Origin: Deltaproteobacteria bacterium
Lineage (GTDB): Bacteria > JAGRBM01 > JAHCIT01
Direction of reading: 5' to 3'
Length of the DNA: 64,000 bases
NCBI GenBank assembly: GCA_026129095.1
Contig: JAHCIT010000008.1
Location: forward strand, 71,021-135,020
A program made the position numbers and the translations under genes. The notes under the pieces were generated by a model. The model made no database searches. It saw nothing but the letters and a program-made list of their open reading frames with translations, and was not told the DNA's origin. Below are positions 48,887 to 59,078 of this stretch, one piece after another (the stretch's first letter is position 1; every line of letters starts with the position of its first letter).

Positions 48887-51800
48887 ATGAACATCACCGA
48901 AGTCTGCATCCGCAAGCCGGTACTCGCGTGGATGATCATGGCGTCCACGGTGGTGTTCGGCATTGTGGCGGCCACCCGGATCGGAATCAGCCAGTTCCCG
49001 GACGTGGACTTCCCGAATATCTCGGTTTCCGTGACCTGGGAAGGGGCCGCGCCCGAGGCGGTCGAAAACGACGTTGTCGAGATTCTCGAAGAAGCCCTGG
49101 TCCAGGTCGAAGGCGTCCGGTCGATCTCCTCCAGTTCGCGGCAGGGTTCGGCCTCAATTTCCATCGAACTCGACCTGGCCCGCGACGTCGATGTCGCCAT
49201 GCAGGAGGTCCAGTCGAAGGTCGTTGCTGCCCAGCGCCGGCTCCCGCGCGAAATCGACCCGCCGGTCATCTCCAAATCCAATCCCGAAGACCAGCCAATC
49301 ATGTGGGTGGCCCTTTCTGGCCCCTACTCCCCGCAGATGCTTGCCGACTATGTGCGCTACCGGCTCAAAGAACGGCTCCAAACGATCCCCGGAGTCGGAG
49401 AAATCACCCTGGGCGGGTTCCTAGAACGGAACATCCGTATCTGGGTGGATGCTGCCCGGCTGGATGAAAAGGCAGTGACGGTCACCGAGGTGATTGATGC
49501 CATCGGCCGCGAGCATGTGGAACTTCCCGCCGGGAGGATCGAGACCGAAGGACGGGAGATCAACGTCCGTGTCATGGGCGAAGCCCTTGATCTGGAGGCA
49601 TTCCGCCATATCGTCATCGCCCAGACTCCGGGCGGGCCGGTTTACCTGTCGGACGTGGCGCTGGTCGAGGATGGCTTCGAGGATATCCGGCGCATCGCCC
49701 GCGTAGGCGGTGTCCCGGCCCAGTCGCTTGGCCTGCGCAAGCAGCGTGGCACCAATGCGGTTGCCGTGGCCAGTGCGATCCGGGCAGAACTCGACAGGAT
49801 CCGGCCCACGCTTCCCGAGGGAATGAACCTCGGCATCTCCTTCGATTCGACCCGGTTCATCGAGGAATCGGTGCACGAAATCCGTTTCGAGCTGATCCTT
49901 GCCGTCATCCTCACGGCATTTGTCTGCTGGCTGTTCCTGGGTTCTGTCTCCACAACGATCAATGTGATTCTCGCCATCCCCATGTCACTCATGGGGACCA
50001 TTGCCATCGTCTATTTCTGCGGATTTACACTGAACACATTTACCCTGCTTGGGCTCGGGCTCGCCGTCGGCATCGTCGTGGACGATGCAATCATGATACT
50101 GGAAAATATCGTCCGGCGGTCAGAAGAAGGCGCTGACCGGGTAACGGCCGCCCGCGAGGGGACCGACGAGATCAAGTTCGCGGCGCTGGCGGCCACCCTC
50201 GCCGTTGTGGCCATTTTCCTGCCGGTCGTTTTCATGGGCGGAGTGATCGGCAAGTTTTTCATCCAGTTCGGCGTGACACTCTGTGCCGCTGTGCTGCTGT
50301 CGTACGTCGAAGCCATCACGCTGGCTCCCGCCCGGTGCGCCCAGTTTCTCAACACTTCCCGCGAGGACCGGAGCCGGGTCGGCAAAGCCGTGGATCATGT
50401 GCTGGACCGGAGTGCGAAGGTCTATACCAGGGCCCTCGACTGGGCCCTGAAGCGGCCGGTACCCGTACTCGCCGGAGCCGCATTCCTGTTCGCCGGAAGC
50501 CTGTTCGTTTACCAGCAGTTGCCCGGCGAGTTCGTGCCGTCACAGGACCAGAGCCGGCTGCTGGTGCGCCTTCAGACGGCCGTCGGTTCCGACATCACTG
50601 AAACCGACCGGATGTTCCAGCGGGCCGAGGCTTTCGTGAATGCACAGCCCGAGGTCGCCCGTGCCTTCGCCGTCGTCGGCGGATTCGGGGGTGGCTCGGT
50701 CAATACCGGCGTCATGTTCGTCACGCTGGTTCCGCCAAACAAGCGCAAGCTCACCCAGAACGGGTTTGCCGCCGTCCTGCGCAAGGAACTCAACTCCTAT
50801 GCCGGACTGAAAGCGGTCGTGCAGGATCTTTCCCAGTCAGGCTTCACGGCCCAGCGCGGATTTCCCGTAGAGTTTTCCGTGCGCGGCCCCGACTGGGACA
50901 AGCTCGTCGAGCTGAGTACCGATGTCCAAGGCCAGATGGCTGCGAGCGGCCTCGTGATCGACCTCGACACCGATTACCAGCTCGGGATGCCGGAACTCCG
51001 GGTGATTCCCGACCGTGCGCGTGCCGCCGACCTGGGGATTCCCGTCGAACGGGTTGCCACCGCGGTCAATGCCCTGGTGGGCGGGCTGCGGGTAGGCAAG
51101 TACAACGCCGGCGGCCGCCGGCTGGACGTCCGCCTCCGGCTCATGGCTGGCCAGCGTTCGCGTCCGGAAGATCTGGCACGCCTCAAGGTCCGTACCGGCA
51201 GCGGCGCGCTGGTTCCGCTTTCGTCCGTGGTCACCACCCGGGAAGTCCCGGCCCTCCAGGCGATCACCCGCAAGGACCGCGAACGGGCCATCACCCTGTT
51301 CGCCAATATCGCACCGGGGCATTCCCAGAAGGATGCCATCGCCCATGTCGAAACGCTCCGCAAGACAATGCCGCCGGGCTATTCGCTGGTGCTTGGCGGT
51401 TCGAGTGTCGCATTCCAGGAGTCGATGGGAAGCCTGATATTCGCACTCGTTCTGGGCGTCCTCGTCGCCTACATGATTCTGGCCTCGCAGTACAATTCGT
51501 TCCTCGACCCGGTGACGGTTCTTACCATCCTGCCCCTGTCGGTCACGGGTGCGGCGGCCGCCCTGTGGATCGCGGGCAAGAGTCTCAACATCTTCAGCAT
51601 GATCGGCCTCTTGCTGCTGATGGGACTGGTGAAAAAGAACTCCATTATTCTCGTGGACTATACCAAGCAGGCCCGCGAACGCGGACTCAGCACGCTGGAG
51701 GCGCTGAAACTCGCCGGGAGCGTCCGGTTCCGGCCGATCATCATGACCTCGGTCACGACCATGATGGCATCGGTCCCCGTGGCGCTTCAGCTTGGCGCCG

Positions 51801-51997
51801 GATCGGAAGTCCGCAGCCCCATGGCGATCTCGGTGCTGGGTGGCATTTTCGTCTCGACGCTGCTCAGTCTCGTCGTCGTTCCTTCCTTCTATCTGGTCTC
51901 TGACCGGATCAAGGAACGGCTGACCGCCCGGCTGTTTCACAAAAAGAACAGCGCCTCCATCCCCGCACCCCGCACCGGCTCTCCCCAGGAGAACTGA
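48887..51997 (+). CDS. RND efflux permease (AcrB/MdtC family)
   Basis: FPDVDFP, GIVVDDAI, KKNSIILVD, RFRPIIMT. Confidence 0.95.
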   Translation: MNITEVCIRKPVLAWMIMASTVVFGIVAATRIGISQFPDVDFPNISVSVTWEGAAPEAVENDVVEILEEALVQVEGVRSISSSSRQGSASISIELDLARDVDVAMQEVQSKVVAAQRRLPREIDPPVISKSNPEDQPIMWVALSGPYSPQMLADYVRYRLKERLQTIPGVGEITLGGFLERNIRIWVDAARLDEKAVTVTEVIDAIGREHVELPAGRIETEGREINVRVMGEALDLEAFRHIVIAQTPGGPVYLSDVALVEDGFEDIRRIARVGGVPAQSLGLRKQRGTNAVAVASAIRAELDRIRPTLPEGMNLGISFDSTRFIEESVHEIRFELILAVILTAFVCWLFLGSVSTTINVILAIPMSLMGTIAIVYFCGFTLNTFTLLGLGLAVGIVVDDAIMILENIVRRSEEGADRVTAAREGTDEIKFAALAATLAVVAIFLPVVFMGGVIGKFFIQFGVTLCAAVLLSYVEAITLAPARCAQFLNTSREDRSRVGKAVDHVLDRSAKVYTRALDWALKRPVPVLAGAAFLFAGSLFVYQQLPGEFVPSQDQSRLLVRLQTAVGSDITETDRMFQRAEAFVNAQPEVARAFAVVGGFGGGSVNTGVMFVTLVPPNKRKLTQNGFAAVLRKELNSYAGLKAVVQDLSQSGFTAQRGFPVEFSVRGPDWDKLVELSTDVQGQMAASGLVIDLDTDYQLGMPELRVIPDRARAADLGIPVERVATAVNALVGGLRVGKYNAGGRRLDVRLRLMAGQRSRPEDLARLKVRTGSGALVPLSSVVTTREVPALQAITRKDRERAITLFANIAPGHSQKDAIAHVETLRKTMPPGYSLVLGGSSVAFQESMGSLIFALVLGVLVAYMILASQYNSFLDPVTVLTILPLSVTGAAAALWIAGKSLNIFSMIGLLLLMGLVKKNSIILVDYTKQARERGLSTLEALKLAGSVRFRPIIMTSVTTMMASVPVALQLGAGSEVRSPMAISVLGGIFVSTLLSLVVVPSFYLVSDRIKERLTARLFHKKNSASIPAPRTGSPQEN

Positions 51998-52044
51998 GCC
52001 CCTTCGGCATCTGGCTGCCGTAGCGCTATGCTGCACGGCACACG

Positions 52045-53595
52045 ATGAAACCCGCCGCCAGCCCCTCGCTTCCTTCACGGCACTACTGGAGTCCACGTCT
52101 CTACCTGCGAGGGTTTGGCGCCCTGATGACCTGCGTTTACCTGTCGCAACTTTCACAAATCAGCCTGCTGATCGGCCCCAATGGCCTGCTCCCTGCCGGT
52201 ATCTACCTGGACCGCCTGCGGGATGCGGGACTGAACCCGTTCATGGATGCTCCAAGCCTCTTCTGGTGGACGGGAACATCGGACTTCGCCATTCATCTCG
52301 TTGTTTGCATGGGTCTCGCCGCCTCCCTGTGCCTCCTTGCCGGTCGGCTCACACACCTTGCCCTGGCGGTGCATCTGGCCTGCTACCTGTCGGTCGTCAC
52401 CGCCGGACAGCGGTTCTTCACCTTCCAGTGGGACAACCTCGTTCTGGAGGCGACCTTCTTGTCGTTCCTCCTCCCCTCTATCCGGAGCGGCAAAGAGGCA
52501 AACCGGCTGGTGATCTTCCTCTTCCGGTTTTTCCTGTTCCGGCTGCTGTTTGAAAGCGGTGTTGCCAAGCTCCAGGGCGGTACCAGTTCATGGCACGAGT
52601 GGATAGCCATGGACCATTACTACGAAACAGCCCCGATCCCGACAATCCTCGGCTGGTGGGCGCATCAGCTGCCGCATGGTTTCCACCGCTTCGAACAGTG
52701 GATGACCTACGTGGCCGAACTGGCCGTGCCACTCCTGCTGTTCGGCCCCGCCGTGGCGCGCAGGCTTGCGTTTGTCCTGTCGGTGGGCCTTCAGGCGGTG
52801 ATCGTCGCCACCGCCAACTACGGGTCTTTCAACTACCAGTCGGCGCTCCTGTGCCTGTTCATTCTCGATGACCGCGACTGGCGCTGGACCCGGAAGCTCG
52901 TCACCCGTGCCCTGCCGCTGCTCTCAATGCTCTGGCCTCACGCACCCCGCACTGCCACCATCCGCCGGGGTATCCGGCGGATGGCGGTGATGGCCGGAGC
53001 CTCCGTGATGATGCTGGCCGGCCTGCAGTCGAATTTGCGTTTCGTGAGCCGGGGGATCGAAGCCATGCACGAGAAAATCCCCGTGCTGCCGGAAACTTTC
53101 GGTTCCTTCCTGCGTTCCTGGCGGGTCGTCAACAACTACCATCTCTTTGCCGACGTGACATTGACCCGGCCGACCACCGAGATCGAGATCCAGACTGCCG
53201 GCGACGGATGGTATCCCGTCTCCTTCCGGCACCAGGCCACCCGCCCCGACTGGCGGCCGGAGTTTCTCGCCCCGCATCATCCCCGGATTCCGTTCCAGCA
53301 CTGGTTTCTCGCACTGGGGGCGCGGCCACCGGTTTCCGAGCCATGGTTCGCCTATCTGCTGGAAAAGATATGCCTTGATCCCGACCGGGTGGCTCCGGTG
53401 TTCGATACGCTCCACCTTGCGCCCGGAGAACGCCCGAGGGCGCTGCGCATCCATGTGCGGGATTACCGGATGACCACACCGCCCGAACGGTCTGCTACCG
53501 GAAACTACTGGAAGCGTACTTCGGCCGGAACGCCGACCCTGGTTTCCTGCTCGTTTTTCAGGTCAGAGCGCTGGGAGAAGATGCGGGGGAAGTGA
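52045..53595 (+). CDS. Lipase maturation factor (LMF1) family membrane protein
   Basis: LIGPNGLLP, FQWDNLVLE, FRLLFESGVAKL, HYYETAPIP, TANYGSFN, NNYHLFA, APHHPR. Confidence 0.88.
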   Translation: MKPAASPSLPSRHYWSPRLYLRGFGALMTCVYLSQLSQISLLIGPNGLLPAGIYLDRLRDAGLNPFMDAPSLFWWTGTSDFAIHLVVCMGLAASLCLLAGRLTHLALAVHLACYLSVVTAGQRFFTFQWDNLVLEATFLSFLLPSIRSGKEANRLVIFLFRFFLFRLLFESGVAKLQGGTSSWHEWIAMDHYYETAPIPTILGWWAHQLPHGFHRFEQWMTYVAELAVPLLLFGPAVARRLAFVLSVGLQAVIVATANYGSFNYQSALLCLFILDDRDWRWTRKLVTRALPLLSMLWPHAPRTATIRRGIRRMAVMAGASVMMLAGLQSNLRFVSRGIEAMHEKIPVLPETFGSFLRSWRVVNNYHLFADVTLTRPTTEIEIQTAGDGWYPVSFRHQATRPDWRPEFLAPHHPRIPFQHWFLALGARPPVSEPWFAYLLEKICLDPDRVAPVFDTLHLAPGERPRALRIHVRDYRMTTPPERSATGNYWKRTSAGTPTLVSCSFFRSERWEKMRGK

Positions 53596-53623
53596 GGCGG
53601 GCGGGATTCCAGCGATGCCGGGT

Positions 53624-55366
53624 TCAGGGCCTGCCTGCGCGCACGATACGGTTCGCCACCTGGCCCTTGCGGAACAGGCCGAGCACCAGTTCCTCCGCCT
53701 CTTCCAGAAGCTCCATCGAATCCGGGATCTCGTGCAGCGCATAGCCGATCGCATCCAGGCGTCCGAAGCGCGCAGGATCGAGTTCAAGCGCAACCGGCAA
53801 CTCTTCCAGTGCGGCTTTGGTCAGGGATATGTATCCGCCGGACATCGTCTGCGATCCGTACAGTTCCCTGAATATCCCCTCGATGGTCCGTGAATTGAGG
53901 AGCGCCGACAGCGCGCCCAGACCGATACCGGTCCCCTCACGGGGCTGGACCACAAACACGCTCACGGCAGGAGCAGCTGCGCCGTCCAGATCAAGCGCCG
54001 CCTCAACCTTGCGGCCCATGCCACTTACGAGAAGTTTGGGCGATCCGGCTACCAGGCGCCGGCGCTCACTGAGAGCACCGGCTGGAATCCGCGGATGCTC
54101 CATCTCCCTGCCGAGGAACCGTTGCCGCCCGCTCTGCCTGATCCGGTGGGGCTCAATCGCACCCGCCGTCACCAGATGATAATCCCCGGCCTCGCCTACA
54201 TGCGGACGGAGCGCATAGGCCTCACCCGTCGTCTGGCCTGCATGAACGGTGGCAATGTCGCAAAGCCGCACAGGTCCGGCTTCGAGCAGTTCCATCGCCG
54301 AGGCGGACAGGGCAGCGCCCCAGCTCCGCCCTTCAAGCAGACGCGTCTGCCAGTGGAACATTCCCGACGGCTGGCCATTGGATGTCCGGCCCTCACCCCG
54401 GCGGTCGCGATCCAGGGTCAGCACCACGGGATACACCGACACGGAGGCGAAAGGCTTTTCCCTGCTGAAATCCCTCAAGCGGACCGAGTCTCTCCGCCGG
54501 ATGGCCGCGTCCCTCAGCCTGGCGGTATATCCAGCCGACAGAAGGCGGTTGGGAACGATCAGCACCGTGCGGCTGCAGCACATCTCCTCGCCCAGCGCCC
54601 AGAATGCCGCAGCGAGGTCAAACGGGCCACGAAGCAGGGGGAACCTTTGCCGCAGAACTTCCCGCTCTGCGAGAACTTTCTCTCCGTGATCCGCAACGCC
54701 CCGGACGAAAGGAGGATTCGTTACCATCACGTCTGCCGCAATCACCGGGGTTTGCAGTGAATCTCCCGAGTCCACCTGGAGGCAGATACGTTCCCAGTCC
54801 ATTGGCCGCCCGCCCGCGGCAAGCCAGAGGTTCGTTCGCGCGAGGAACGCCGCCGCCGGATCCAGTTCCCGTCCAACCAGACGGGCCGCGGGGATACGGC
54901 CAAGGAGAACCAGTGCCGCCAGCAGGTTGCCAGTTCCGCAGGCAGGGTCGAGGAAGGTCGAACGCTCCCGTCCGGCGGCCGCCTCAAGCGCCGCGTGGCG
55001 GGCGACCACCACCGGAGTGAAGTAGCTCCCGCCGGACCTGCGTCCATCTTGATCAGTTGCCTGAAGGGCTGCTTCATACAGCCGTCCGGCCCGAAACAGA
55101 CGGTCCAGCGGATCGCCGGCACTCGCGATGCTGGCAAAGACCGACTTTTCGATGCGCCGGGCGATGAACTGACCGGAGGTTTCCGGCTTCTCGGGCAGCG
55201 CCTTCCCAAAGGCCCGGGCCGCCGCCGCAGCTATCGCGCCAGCCATCAGCATCCGGAACTCACCGGAAGCAGGGACCAGTCCAAGTGTTCTGGCCGCACC
55301 GCGAACGAGCGGGCCGATCAGTCGGCTGGCTGCTGTGGCCGGTACGGCAGTGGAGCTATCCGTCAT
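53624..55366 (-). CDS. N6-adenine DNA methyltransferase (gamma class, Eco57I/TaqI-like) with C-terminal TRD, orphan
   Basis: GSYFTP, FLDPACGTGNLL (motif I), TNPPF (motif IV), TaqI_C-like LSALLNSR..LEELPV. Confidence 0.8.
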   Translation of the reverse strand: MTDSSTAVPATAASRLIGPLVRGAARTLGLVPASGEFRMLMAGAIAAAAARAFGKALPEKPETSGQFIARRIEKSVFASIASAGDPLDRLFRAGRLYEAALQATDQDGRRSGGSYFTPVVVARHAALEAAAGRERSTFLDPACGTGNLLAALVLLGRIPAARLVGRELDPAAAFLARTNLWLAAGGRPMDWERICLQVDSGDSLQTPVIAADVMVTNPPFVRGVADHGEKVLAEREVLRQRFPLLRGPFDLAAAFWALGEEMCCSRTVLIVPNRLLSAGYTARLRDAAIRRRDSVRLRDFSREKPFASVSVYPVVLTLDRDRRGEGRTSNGQPSGMFHWQTRLLEGRSWGAALSASAMELLEAGPVRLCDIATVHAGQTTGEAYALRPHVGEAGDYHLVTAGAIEPHRIRQSGRQRFLGREMEHPRIPAGALSERRRLVAGSPKLLVSGMGRKVEAALDLDGAAAPAVSVFVVQPREGTGIGLGALSALLNSRTIEGIFRELYGSQTMSGGYISLTKAALEELPVALELDPARFGRLDAIGYALHEIPDSMELLEEAEELVLGLFRKGQVANRIVRAGRP

Positions 55367-55383
55367 TCATCAGGTCCGTTGAT

Positions 55384-55851
55384 TCAGGAGGCCGCAAAAT
55401 GCCGGCGGGCGACGTCCAGCAGTTCGTCGCTCTTCCGCCGGAACACCGGGAGGGTTTCCTTGTGGGCGTAGACCAGCTTCCCGTCACGGCCAACGAGGAA
55501 GTTGCCCCGGTCGGTCATGCCAAGAAAGTTCCGCATGCCGTAGGCCTTGGCTATCCGGCCATCCTCGTCGGCAAGCAGCGGGAACGGGAAATGGTGTTTC
55601 TGCGAGAACTTGTCCTTGGAACTTGCCGATCCACCACTGACGCCGACGATCTGGACCCCGAGCTTCCGGAACTCGCCGTACTGGTCCCGGTAGTCGCAGA
55701 GCTGGGCCGTGCATACGGCCGTTTCGTCTTTCGGATAGAACACGACCATCACAGGACCGTTTTTCAGCAGTTCGTCGAGCGATACGCGCTGGCCATCACC
55801 AGACACGCCTTCAAACCGGGGAGCCAGCTCCCCTTCACGCGGACGCGCCAT
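55384..55851 (-). CDS. bcp: Peroxiredoxin, BCP/PrxQ subfamily
   Basis: FYPKDETAVCTAQLC, FPLLAD; ATG 55851 with GGGAG RBS. Confidence 0.88.
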   Translation of the reverse strand: MARPREGELAPRFEGVSGDGQRVSLDELLKNGPVMVVFYPKDETAVCTAQLCDYRDQYGEFRKLGVQIVGVSGGSASSKDKFSQKHHFPFPLLADEDGRIAKAYGMRNFLGMTDRGNFLVGRDGKLVYAHKETLPVFRRKSDELLDVARRHFAAS

Positions 55852-55922
55852 TTGCATTCTCCCACACACAGATACAGGCGGGCCACCACGCCCGCCAGCC
55901 GAACCAGAGTCTACTGGCAGAA

Positions 55923-56594
55923 TTACCCGCTCGAAGGCGGTTCGTCTACTGGTCCTGCCCGTAGTTCGCGGTGGGCAAAGAATGCCCGCACCACAAGCAG
56001 TACAATAAGCAGAACCGCCGCTATCAGGATGTAGTTCTGTATTTTCCGGGCGAAACCAAAGCCCTCATCGATTTCCGGACCGAAGTAATAGCCGACACTG
56101 ACGAAAAACGGCACGCTGATGCAGGCGCCCAGACCATCGGCAAGCAGAAACCGCCGGGGCGTCACGCCCAGCATGCCGGCCGTCAGGAACACCACGAACC
56201 GGAACCCCGGTGCGAACCGTGCGAACAGGATCGCCTTGTGCCCCCAACGATCGAAGAACCGCTTGGCCCGCTCGACCTTTTCGGGACGGGCGAACTTCTG
56301 GACCACCCGGAGATAGAATACCCGCTCGCCGTACCGGCGGCCGATGAAGTACGTCAGGGTATCGCCTCCGAGCACACCCGGAAGAACCCCAAAGATGGCC
56401 AGATAGTAAGCCGCATTCGGCCCGCCGAAACCCGGGTGCAGGCTCCCATGGTAAGCCGCATAGCCGGCAATAATGACGAGCGCGTCTTCCGGAATGGGGG
56501 AACCGATACCGCACCAGACCAGCATCAGCGTCAAGACGGTAAGAATAACGACGGGCGGTTGATTCTGAAGGAAGTCGATCAGAGCGTCGATCAT
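55923..56594 (-). CDS. DedA family membrane protein
   Basis: PIPED, GDTLTYFIGRRYG, ARFAPGFR. Confidence 0.92.
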   Translation of the reverse strand: MIDALIDFLQNQPPVVILTVLTLMLVWCGIGSPIPEDALVIIAGYAAYHGSLHPGFGGPNAAYYLAIFGVLPGVLGGDTLTYFIGRRYGERVFYLRVVQKFARPEKVERAKRFFDRWGHKAILFARFAPGFRFVVFLTAGMLGVTPRRFLLADGLGACISVPFFVSVGYYFGPEIDEGFGFARKIQNYILIAAVLLIVLLVVRAFFAHRELRAGPVDEPPSSG

Positions 56595-56641
56595 CTGGGG
56601 GTTAACACCGTCCGGGCCTTCTCTTTAGCTTGGCGGCAGGA

Positions 56642-57472
56642 TTACAGCCAGCGGCCAGCCACCTTTTTCCAGAAGCCGGGCCGTCCCGGCTCCACTTCAT
56701 TAACACCCTCGGGCTTTCCAGCCAGCCAGCCATGTACAAGTGCGATCCGCCCCGGTTCAGGCGCTGTGCCATCCCGGCTTTTCCAGAAAACAGTCTCAAC
56801 CGGCAGTCCGGCCGCCTGAATCCGGACCCATTCAAACCGGCGGCCAGTCAGGCTGTTAATGAGCGTCCGGTGCTCCACGATCCGTCCGGCTATCAATGCC
56901 GATGCCATGTCCGAAAGGCGGGGCCGGGCCCCGGATTCTCCCAGAGATCCTGTTGGCAGGAGAAAATCCGGCGGCAGATCGAATGCCTCGCCCCTCTCAT
57001 TTGGCCCCCAGAACTCATGCTGGGCCGCGTGAAACTCCTTTTCACCCGGAAAAATTCGGACATCGCCGCCCATTATCGCCATTTTGAGATCAAACCGGGT
57101 GCCTGCCTTGAGTGCCGGCCGGAATGGACCGAACTCCCGGAGCTGGACGATGACCCCTGAAACGGGACCTGCCGGGGCATTGATCCTGAACCTTCCGCCT
57201 GACCAGTGCACGGTTTCGGCGTCGATCAGTTCACCTTCGGCCTCTACCGGCCAAACCGTCCCGGATTCGAACCACGGTGTCATGCACACCAGCCTTCGCT
57301 TTTCCAGATGCACGGCGATTCCCGCGCCGCTCCCGTCAAGCCACAGGCGGTGCTGCTCGCCACCAGAAGTGCCCCAGACGGGCCGGGACCGCTCGGCTGC
57401 AACTGACAGCAATGTATAAAGCTCCTGGTCGTTTCCTGGCCGGAAACCGATGGCGGCAAGCTGGAAATTCAC
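56642..57472 (-). CDS. Hypothetical protein
   Basis: 276-aa ORF, GTGA overlap with pyk stop; no recognised motif. Confidence 0.65.
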   Translation of the reverse strand: MNFQLAAIGFRPGNDQELYTLLSVAAERSRPVWGTSGGEQHRLWLDGSGAGIAVHLEKRRLVCMTPWFESGTVWPVEAEGELIDAETVHWSGGRFRINAPAGPVSGVIVQLREFGPFRPALKAGTRFDLKMAIMGGDVRIFPGEKEFHAAQHEFWGPNERGEAFDLPPDFLLPTGSLGESGARPRLSDMASALIAGRIVEHRTLINSLTGRRFEWVRIQAAGLPVETVFWKSRDGTAPEPGRIALVHGWLAGKPEGVNEVEPGRPGFWKKVAGRWL

Positions 57473-58887
57473 TTCCCACCGCGGACCTTGTGGAAGCGTA
57501 TCGTGTTGGTTTCTTTCCCCTCGCCGAGGGGAATTGCCGCCACTACGACCACCGTGTCACCGGGTGCTGCCCATCCGTCCTGGACCAGAAACCGGTCGGC
57601 TGCCTCAAGCTGGCGTTCCATGCCGGCCCGCTCGCCGATCGCCACCGGAATAACCCCGCGCAGCACATTCATGCGCCGGAGTGTCGGCACATGGGCGCTC
57701 ATGGCGAGGATCGGAAGCCGCGGCTTCCATTTGGAGACGAGCAGCGCCGTCAGCCCCGACCCTGCCAGCGCAACAATGGCCCTCGCATTGAGACGTTCGG
57801 CCGCGCTCACCGCCGCTCCGGCCGCCCCGGCGGCGAACGACATGATGTCAGCTTCGAAACTGACGCTCGCCGTGTGTGTCACCGTTTCAGCCTCGCGGGA
57901 AATGCGTGCCATCGCCTCCACCGATTCGACCGGATGATTCCCCGCAGCTGTTTCCTCTGACAGCATCACCGCATCGGCGCCGTCAAGAACCGCATTGGCT
58001 ACATCCGAGACCTCGGCACGGCTCGGGCGGTGATTCAGCACCATCGAGCCCAGCATCTGCGTCGCCACGATCGCCCACTTTCCGCGCACGGCCGCCCGCG
58101 ACAGGATACGTTTCTGGAGTATCGGAACCCGCTCGAAGTCGAGTTCCACGCCAAGATCTCCCCGCGCCACCATGACGCCATCGGAGGCTTCCAGGATTTC
58201 ATCCAGATGGTCGAGCGCCTCGGGCCGCTCCAGCTTGGCCATGACCGGAATCTTGGAATTGCCCAGGAACTCGCGGGCCCGGTGGATGTCGGCCGCCGAA
58301 CGGACGAAGGAAATCGCCACCATGTCGAGCCCATTCCTGCCGACATAAGCCAGATCCCGCTCATCCTTGGCCGTCAGGGTTTCCACCGACAGCCTTGTTC
58401 CGGGCAGGTTAAGTCCCTTGTTCGAATACAGCCGGCCGCCGGTCATGATCCGGCAGATCACATCCGGTCCCTCGATCCGCTCGGCCATCAGTTCGATCGA
58501 ACCATCGGCGAGCAGGATGCGCGACCCCGCCTTCACGTCCCGGGTGAGGAACTCATAGGGAGAGTGCACCTCATGCACGCTTCCCTCGACCGGGCGTTCG
58601 GTCAGGGTTATCCGCTCGCCTTCGAGGAGCGTCACCCCGTCCTTGGGCATCTGGCCAATCCGGAGCTTGGGCCCCTGAATATCGGCCAGTATGGGGATGT
58701 GCGCCTTCGCCGTTTTTTCAGCCTGCCGGACCGCTTCGATCAGCGGCGCCAGTGCCGGACCATCGCCGTGTGAAAAATTAAGACGGAAACCGTCCGCCCC
58801 GGCCTGGATGAGCTGCCGGATGATCTCCACGGTACCGGACGCTGGTCCCAGCGTGGCGACGATCTTGGTCTGGTTAAACGATTTCAT
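57469..58887 (-). CDS. pyk: Pyruvate kinase
   Basis: TKIVATLGPAS, RLNFSHG, DIQGPKLR, MVARGDLGVE, ATQML, DAVMLSEETA. Confidence 0.97.
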   Translation of the reverse strand: MKSFNQTKIVATLGPASGTVEIIRQLIQAGADGFRLNFSHGDGPALAPLIEAVRQAEKTAKAHIPILADIQGPKLRIGQMPKDGVTLLEGERITLTERPVEGSVHEVHSPYEFLTRDVKAGSRILLADGSIELMAERIEGPDVICRIMTGGRLYSNKGLNLPGTRLSVETLTAKDERDLAYVGRNGLDMVAISFVRSAADIHRAREFLGNSKIPVMAKLERPEALDHLDEILEASDGVMVARGDLGVELDFERVPILQKRILSRAAVRGKWAIVATQMLGSMVLNHRPSRAEVSDVANAVLDGADAVMLSEETAAGNHPVESVEAMARISREAETVTHTASVSFEADIMSFAAGAAGAAVSAAERLNARAIVALAGSGLTALLVSKWKPRLPILAMSAHVPTLRRMNVLRGVIPVAIGERAGMERQLEAADRFLVQDGWAAPGDTVVVVAAIPLGEGKETNTIRFHKVRGGK

Positions 58888-59078
58888 GCGGCGTATTGCC
58901 AAAGCTTACACAGGTGAAGGCGGTAGGCCCAACTGGAGGCGGCCTAAATCCGCCTGATTCCTCCACTTTTTCCCCGTTTGACCACGGGCTTTGAACGGTG
59001 CTACCAGCGGCCAGCCTTTTCGGGCCTCTGGCCCTATCTGCTTGCAGGGAAAAGGTATCCGCTGCAGAGCGCCATTCG

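Noticed and set aside
47693-51997. RND pair lacking an outer-membrane factor gene
   Set aside because: Common; TolC-type channels are often encoded elsewhere.
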